64,000 nucleotides of DNA from NCBI GenBank assembly GCA_976551045.1, contig CDPCPM010000063.1:7874001-7938000 (forward strand), written 5' to 3'. Position 1 is the stretch's first letter. Every line of letters begins with the position of its first letter. Under the pieces are notes generated by a model, which did not search any database, was not told the DNA's origin, and worked only from the letters and a program-made list of their open reading frames with translations. A program made the translations under genes and the position numbers. Source of the stretch: Glaucostegus cemiculus (taxonomy: Eukaryota). Shown in pieces: positions 54,201 to 63,200 of this stretch.

Positions 54201-57200
54201 AAGCATCTGAGATGTGTCCGCCCACACAACTTCCTGCTTTCCTCTACAGGTTAATGACAAAGTGGACTCTACCGGATTACTCCAAATATCCATGGATTGT
54301 AGTGACAGAAACAGTTATTGTTTCTCATCCATTGATAGAGAAACTAGCAGGCTGGTGTCTCTCTCTCTCTTCTCTGACTTGAGCTGACTTCTTCAACAAC
54401 GTCCTTTATCTTCTGTTGACATAAGCACGCCCCCCACACACACTATGCCCTATCTTAAAGGGACATTCACAAATAGTAACCTAGTCTGTGACATTGTAGA
54501 TATCCCAAAAACCCTTCTGTAAATTGCAGTAGATGCAAGGATAATTGTTGATTGTAAGTCTAAGATAATAGAATTTTGATAACAAAAGGTATTAAGGGAT
54601 GTGGGATAAAGGCAAGTTGCACTGCTAGGTCACAGATCAGCCATAATCTCACTAAATGGTGGAACAAGATCAAAGGGTTAAATAACCTACTTCTGTTGCT
54701 AAAAATAAACAGGCTGATTGGCAGGATGATCAAACCATTTTAATTCCTGGTAATCACTTGAGTATAAATGGTGGGGTACCTGATCTTTGTGCCTAGAGTT
54801 GAAGTGTACAAGAATGTGGACATGAGGTGGCATTCCTGGATTCACTTGTAATTTCTCTCTGAATTATATTTGTTTTCATGAAAACTAACCTAATCTTCAG
54901 TAACAAATGAAGAAAGACTCAACTGTTCTGAGAACATTTCTGCAACATACAATGATCAACCCTCACTGTATCAAAATGATTGAACTGGTCACTAGCAATG
55001 TGCAAAATAACATACTCTGACCTTTAAACTCCTAAGCTTCACCTGCAAGTGTTCTGTTAAGCTAATCTTGATATGTTCTCAGCTCTCTAAAGCCTCGTAT
55101 AGTATGAAATTGCTTCATCCAAACACCTATCATTACCTCCATTATAAAATTGACATCGAAGTCAGATTTCATTTTATAGCAATCAGAAAACATGATTTTT
55201 TTAAAAAAACGGTGACCTATGACAGTGCTTCATTGACCTTCACAGAACAATGTCTAAAGAGTGCAATGGAAACTGGAAAGCAAAAAAGCATGTGCCATTT
55301 GTAATTTCATTTTGAGAATATAAGAAATAGAAGCAGGAGTAGGCCTTTTCCAATAAGATCATGGCTGATCTACATCAACTTATCTATTCCTCAAATTCCT
55401 TAATACACAAAAGCCCATTGCTCTAAGCTTTGAATGTACTCATCAGCTGAGCATCCACAATTCCTTGGGGTACAGAATCCTTAAGATTCACAATTCCCTG
55501 AATGAAAAAAATTACTGCTCATTCCAATGGGGAGTATTGAATAATTCTAATACTGAGCCTAAGTTTTCTAGATCTCAACTTTCTACGTTTCTTTGCAGCC
55601 TATTTGTGTCCTCTGCAAAACTTATTTTCCCATTTGCCCTTGTAATGTCAGCAAATTAGAAGGTATTACAACCTCTTCCCTTATCTGTCATTCATTATAC
55701 GTTGTAAATTATAAGTTGCAGCCTTATCACTGATACTTTCCACTGTATCACCCTGCATCTTAAAGTAACCCAGTAATCCACTTCCTGTCTTTGGAATGAT
55801 CCTCAGTTCATACTAATATACTATTCTCAATCCCATGGGCCCTGATCATAACTATTTGTATAGCATCTTATTGAATGCTCTTTGAAAATTCAAATGTAAA
55901 ATATCCATTAGCTCTCCCTTATATATTGTTGGTTATACCCTCATAGAGCTCCCAATAGATTTGTTAAATATCATATCCTTTTCGTAACCATATAGATTCT
56001 GGTTAAATGATGCCTGGGGTGATATAGTGGTGTAGCCAGTTAAGCCATTGCCTCACAGCTCCGTCGACCCAGGTTCAATCCTGACCTCCAGTGCAGTCTG
56101 TATAAAGTTTGCACTTTCTCTTTATGACTGCATGAGCTTCCTCTGGTGCCCAGTTCTCTTCTACATCCCAAAGGCATGTGGTTAACTGGCCACTGTAAAT
56201 TGCTCTCAATGCGTCAGTGAGTGGTTGAATCTGGAGGGGTTGATGGGAATGTGGAGAATAAAATGGGTTTAGTCCAGGATTAGTGTAAAAGGGTGAATGA
56301 TGGTCAGCATTGTCTCATAGGGAAGAAGGGTCTGTTTCTGTGCTATATCACTCTACGATTCTAAACATACTGTGTACAACATTCTATCTCTTCCTTATTA
56401 TTCCTTTGAAAGAACTGCTCCTAGGCAATTTATTTATCTCATTATTATTCCAAGCATGCAGAAGATGAAGAAGAGGAATAAAAACCTTGGTATCCAATTC
56501 ATCTAGTAGTTTATAGCTCTCAAACCAAGGACACTCAAGTCCAGGAATGCCAAGAGTAGTGGCTTTAGGTAGGGCCTGGTACTGGGTATAACACAAGTGT
56601 GAATGAACAGAAACACCAGAGGGCAGAAGGTAAACTTTGGTGATTGGAGTATCAGACAGTACTATATCACAGCTAAAGAATCTATGACTCAGGTGCATGT
56701 ACAGGGTGAAATGCTGTCCATGCAACAACTCAAGGAATGCAGTTTGTAGCAGTTCTGCTTTAGAATTTAGCTGATAGGAGACAAGAACCACCTCAATTCC
56801 TTGAAACTCACTCATTCCTACTATTCAGGAATGGAATTAGATTTAGTTTAAGAATGCAGAACACATATTCACAAAAGGAGGAAAATGTTGTCAGTACAAA
56901 TGAAGGACATACTTTTTAGTTACCTAATTGAAATTGTCATTTGGTGCCTTGTATATGCAAATGAAGGTACCATTGCTGGTTGGAGAATACTAATCAAGAT
57001 TTGTGCTGATGAAGCTCTGCCTAATTGTACCATGTTTTGAATGGTCTAAACAGGAAAGCTAAAAGGGACTATTGGAGGATCATCAAAAAATGGCCATAAA
57101 CATTTTAATAGTTTCAAATCTGCTTGAGAATCACCAAAAAAATTCACTGCTGCTAGATCAGGATTGCTCAACACACCACACCCACAAATTCATTTCCCAA

Positions 57201-60200
57201 AACCTTTCCAGCTTGGTTTCCAGGATTGATTTAGGTGCTAACATGGAACCATCTACAGCTCACTAGGCCCCAACTATTGATGTACCTAGAGCAAAGAAAA
57301 ACTGCTGGAGGAACTCAGCAGGTCAGACAGCATCTGTGGAGACAGAGAGATGGTCGATGTTTTGAGTTGAGATCCTGCCTCAGGATTCTGCATCAGTCCT
57401 GTCGACCATCTCTGTCTCCAAAGATGCTGCCTGACCTGCTGATTTCCTCTAGCGGTTTGCTTTTTGCTCCAGATTCCAGCATCTGCAGTTTCTTGTGTCT
57501 TTATTGGTATCCAGAATCATCTATTGGTGTCCAGAATCATCTATTTTACTCCATTGAGGCCCATTGACAAATTTTCTTCAAATCTCTTCACTGGTATCAT
57601 GAGATCACATTTCACTTTTCAAGTCAGAAACAAGGTCTGTCTGCTTTGCATTAGGTTTTAAAAAACATCATTCCAAAAAGTGGCTGTATGTATGAGCTTT
57701 CAAAAGCAGACATGTAACTTAACTTTAACAGGCTTTTGGATGGAGGAGAAAGGGAGAGCCATTTTTGAGCAGAAAAGGGAGAATTTTTGGAAACTTACTC
57801 ATAAAGAAAAGTGCCTTTATAAAGAAAACAGTTATAGTTCAAGTTAATACTCATAAAATATTAGTAAATGTAAATGTAGTAGAACATACTAAAATAATAA
57901 TTACCAAAGGCCAACAAGGATGACAAAATTTTTTGTCTTGAAGAATTTTCTGTTTTTCATTCTTCTTCCACAATCTTAACCTCCTTTTAGAGTTAAAGAA
58001 ATTGATCATTTCTACTCCAACAAACAAGAGAAGTTGAGAGATACACCCAAAACTGAGTACAATTCTCCACCAATCCTGAAATCCAAATAGGAAATAACAA
58101 TTAAATCTAATTGCATATAAAAACACTTGGCCACTCTACCCCAAAATCTTTCATAAAGAGTAATTATTTTTAAAGACTTATGTAACATCACAGTGGTGCA
58201 GCTAGTAGAGCTGCTCTCTCACAGCTCCAGTGATCTGGGTTCAGTCCTGGTCTCTGGAGTTCTCTGTGTGGAGTTTGCATGTTCTCCCTGGAACATGCAA
58301 ACTCCATGTGAGTTTCCTCCAGGTCCTCTGATTTCTTGCTGCATCCCAAAAACATGCAGGTTGGAGGTTAATAGGCCCCTGTAGATTGGGGAGATTTATT
58401 GAACATTTTAAAAATATGCAAAGTGTTGACAAGTAGAATAGGAAAAGATCTTTGGTTAGGGAATACATGTCAAATGATCATTAGGTTTTTAATAATTTGC
58501 TTTTAAGATGTGGGCATCACTGCCAAGGTCAGCATGTATAGACCATTCTCAAAGTAATCTGCAGCTGAAATTGAGTAAGGAAAAATTCCTAGAAAGTGGC
58601 TCCAGTAGTACACATTTTACATGTGGAAGCCACATATAGATGAAATTTAACCTGGATTAGATCATATTTCCAGGTGAAATTGTGCCCCATTGGGAAATTG
58701 GCCTGGGCATTTCTGTGTGCTATTCACTTTAGCACGTTTGACATTTTTCTGTCATCAGCTGCACACTTAATGGCACTACAAGTTGCACACAACAGGTGTT
58801 TTCCCATGATCTTCATTGAACAATAACGTAAAACTTAGAAGTATGCTGCTCTGAGTTTGCAGAGCAGCCTTTTTATATTATGCTGTGAGCTCTACCTCTC
58901 TGATATCCCACAGCATGCAGTGATTTGGGGCCACATGAGGCAAGGGATTTGATCACTGGTTTGTGGATGTCCACATGAATTTAGGATTACCATGTGCTCC
59001 CTTAGCTTCATGACGGCCTTTCCTGCATCTGTTCTGTGGCTGCCATGGAGAGAACTCTGAGAAGATCTGACACTCAATCCAGTGAGCAGTGCAACAAAAG
59101 CAATCCCCATTGGAATCCGCACAAATCCCATTTTAGCACATGATTCTCGGTATAAATGAGAACAGCCAAATATTTAACAGAGTTTTGGCCAACTTCAGGA
59201 GTTTATGTGGGTGGGGGAGGTCTCATTGGGTTTTAGCATTAGGTGCAGCACATTTAGCACATATGGAGTTTACCATTCAGAAATAAGAAGAAATTTCTCC
59301 ACCCAGAAACTAGTGAATCTTTGGCATTCTCTACATATTATGGCTGTGGACATTCAGTTGTTGAGTCAATTCAAGACAGAGATCAACAGGTTTTAAATCT
59401 TGACTCTTGTGCAGGTGGGAATAGCTTCTCTTTATTTACTTTGTCCAGACCCTTCATCATTCTGAACACTGCTATTGAATTACCTCTTGATCTTCCTTGC
59501 TCAATCGTGTGTAACATTAGGTGCTCCATTCTAGTAAAGCTACTTTGGACCTCCTCTGAAGCTTTCACATCTTTCCTAATGTTCATTGCCCAAAGTTGTA
59601 CACAGTACTCTAGTGTGACCAAGTAAGTGTTTTATGTTTTAGAGATTCAATAAGTCAAGGAAGTATTTGGACAATAGCTAGCTACACACATAAGGGTTGC
59701 TTTAAATTGCTAAGAAACAAAAAAAAATTGTGGAAAAACATTCCAATAATTTATTTCCCAAATAAATTTATATGCTTTTGTTAGGTTTACTAATGTCAAT
59801 GAATGATTGACCAACACACAAGAAGAATGTACATAACAATCATTGTGAACTTTTACTTTTCAACTGGTGATTTTGTGATAATCTTAATTTATTTAAATTT
59901 TACCTGTGGTAAAATGTAATATTTTCTCTTCTCCCACTGTATTACTATCATGAAGATTGTCCAAGTGATGATAAAGAAAAATTTTAACAGCAATACTATG
60001 AAGGCTCCAAAACTGAAAATGAATTTAAAATATGATTAACACTCTTCTGTACTTCTCAAATTAGCAAAAGGTATTTTTCCATTACAGTATCAACACTGAT
60101 ACTGCACTTGATTTTTAAATAAAATTTGATTATTTTCATTTCAGTGAGCATATACAGAGCATACATAATTTACATGTCAAGATGAAATTATTTTGTAGTA

Positions 60201-63200
60201 AGGGGCCACTGACTTAAAAAAAAAATCCTGCAATAATTTAAAGGAGTTTAATGCCTGAAGTGACACCCAAATTCTTTTTTATTATACCCTCTGCTCAATC
60301 CAGACTAAAGTTGCAGGAGCAGAGAAATTTTGGTACTTCGCTTAAATAGTAAGTTACCTGCCTTGACGATGGTAATATAGTAAAAAAGGGAGAGCAGCAC
60401 ATCTGAGATTCTATAGATTCTTCATGATGCCACAAATACACTTCTAGCAGTTTAACTGTGTGGTGCTTAGGAGTGGTAAATCGGGTGGTTTTTACCTTCA
60501 CCCAGTGAACAATGTATCACTCCTTCAATACCTCGCCCAGTCGACACGGAGATCAGCTAGCTCACTTCTGAATGAAGAAGTCAGTTTCTTCAGATGAATC
60601 TTTTAAAAGTTTACCCTTCACAATTGCATATAACACCATCCAAATACATCTTAATGCACTAGTGAGTAGCAAGTTGAGAAATCAGCCGCAGCAGCCTGGA
60701 ATGTTCTGAGGCTAGGAAGCTCTTCCTGCAGCTGCAAGATTGTTACTTGTTTTGTGTGATGTCACTATAAAAGGTGACTACATCCCTAGGGTAAATACTG
60801 AGAACCATGAGAATCTACCGTGACTTAGAACATCACGCTAAAACCAACAATGTCAGTACTGCATTTCAGAAGGAAACTCAATAATTCTGCTATGTGTACT
60901 ATACCCTCCTTTCCGTTTCTTTATAAAAATGAAATCATTGATAAAATTTTAGGTTTTAATTCCCATCAGAATGGCTTGACAGCAATAATCTACAATTTAA
61001 TTATGAAAATACGTTCAGACTCACTGGACAAAATTAAAAATGATTGGGAAAGTGAACTCCAGATATCTATATCTATAGAGACTTGGAAGAAAATTCTTCA
61101 TTTAGTTAATACATCCTCAATGTGTGCCAGACACTCATTGATACAGTTTAAAGTAGTGCACAGGGCCCATATGTCCAAAGATAAGCTAGCTTGTTTTTAT
61201 GACCGTATAAACCATATATGTGATAGATGCAAGTCGAATGTGGCTTCTTTGACACATATGTTCTGGTCCTGCCTTCATTTGGAAAAATATTGGAAAGACA
61301 TTTTTAATATTATTTCAGATGTACTGAAGATCGATTTACAACCTCACCCTATTACTGCAATTTTTGGATTACCATGGATAAAGTCTGGCCATTTACCTGC
61401 TTCTGCTAACCATATGATTGCTTTTGTTACATTGATGGCCAAACGAGCCATTTTGCTTAAATGGAAGGATCCAATACCCCCCACTACCTTTCAATGGTTT
61501 TCTCAAACTACATCATGTCTTAATTTGGAAAAAAATAGGAGTGGTACTGTTGATTCTTCATTTAAATTTGAAGATATTTGGAGTCCATTTATTCAATACT
61601 TTCACATGATGTAGTTTCCCCTTCTATAACTTTTTTTTAATTCAGAGGAATGGAGCTGACGACATTATATTGCTCTGTTTCTATTGAAAATTTTAGCCCA
61701 GAATTTTTTTCTTGTTTTGTTTTTCCTTTTTTAAAAAAAATTTCTGTTCAATTTACTTTGTATTGTTATAATTTTTTTTATTGATTTGGGTTATTTTTCT
61801 GTTTTTGTTTCTAATTATATAACAAATCTTTTTCTTTCCAATCTTTTACATTATACTTATTAACCAAGAGATTGTTGGAACTATTTCTTTTATATATATC
61901 ATACTTTATTGCTTTTTTTAATGATTACCTATGATTGTTACCTGATATCTCTATAATACATGTGTAAACATTGTTGATATATATATTAACCTGTATTGAT
62001 TTGTTATCAATAAAAAGATTAAAAAAGAATAATGCTGCTATGTGAATGCAGTTCTCACTTTGTGCCTTTCAAAAATTACATCAGGGTAACCCAGAATATA
62101 GTTTTAATGCCAGTAAAACCTGCACAGTAAAATTTCTAGGCAATATCTCTTTAAGAAATTAATGCCATGAAAGCCTTTGACTCCACCGTATAAGACAGAA
62201 CTTACCATTGGAGTTACCAAGTGTGAGGATGACAAGAGTGTGGATAACAAAAAAAAAATCAGGATGAGATGGCATTGAGATGGGTAAATTCACCAAAATA
62301 ATATCATTAATAAATTAACAGAATTGAAGATGGGCAGTATTGGTGGTGTCTCAAGTATGGCATTTACTGTTCACCTCAGTGTCAAAGAAAAACTGAATAA
62401 ACATACTTGTACAGCAACAGCTGCTGACATATTTCTATATTTACATGTCAAGATATTGAGTGTTGAGGATCAGCCATGATCTCAAAATGGCAGAGCAGAC
62501 TCGAAGGGCCGAATGGTCTACTTCTGCTCCTATTGTCTATTGTCTAAGATGATATTTTTTGTAGTAAGGGGCCAGTGATTTGCTAAAAATCTCCTGCAAT
62601 AACTTTAAGTAGTTTAACATATGAAGTGACACACAAATCCTTCTTTATTATAACCTCTGCTCCATTCCAGACTACAGTTGCAGGAGCAGAAACATTCTGG
62701 TACTTTGCTTAAACAGTAAGTTCCTAACTGAGACGGAGTTTCTAAACAAATTTAAAGTTCAAAACAAATTGGCAAATAATATTGGTTAAAGGCACTTCCA
62801 TAAAATTAATAGTAAACCAAATATCTGCTAAATAGCATGATATTGAAATCATCTTTTGCTCAAGTTACTCTAGATCTTTAATACAAATGTTAAAAATATT
62901 GCTGTGAGCAGCACAGGGACTGCTTAAAACTTAACAGCTCCAAAGGTCTGTGCAATCAATCACTCAATCCTAAATAGCCACTGAAATAATTTGGAGAGTG
63001 TTTAACAATTGCCTTAAGTAGTCAATCTTTACTTTTCCAGTAGCTCATCTCACCCCAGGAAGACTACTCATTAGACATCATGGTCCAAGACCAATAAATA
63101 AACCAGGATTAAAGTGCATGTTTGTGACAGATGGATCAGACAAAAGATGGCAGAAGAAAAAGGCCAGCAAGTTCACTGAGTTTGTATCATTACACTGTGT

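Noticed and set aside
56384-56815. 143-aa minus-strand ORF inside a TRP intron
   Set aside because: No channel-like content and no convincing splice sites; probably a decayed LINE remnant or chance ORF.
60850-61614. 254-aa ORF as a host gene
   Set aside because: It is an L1 ORF2 C-terminus bounded by a TSD.
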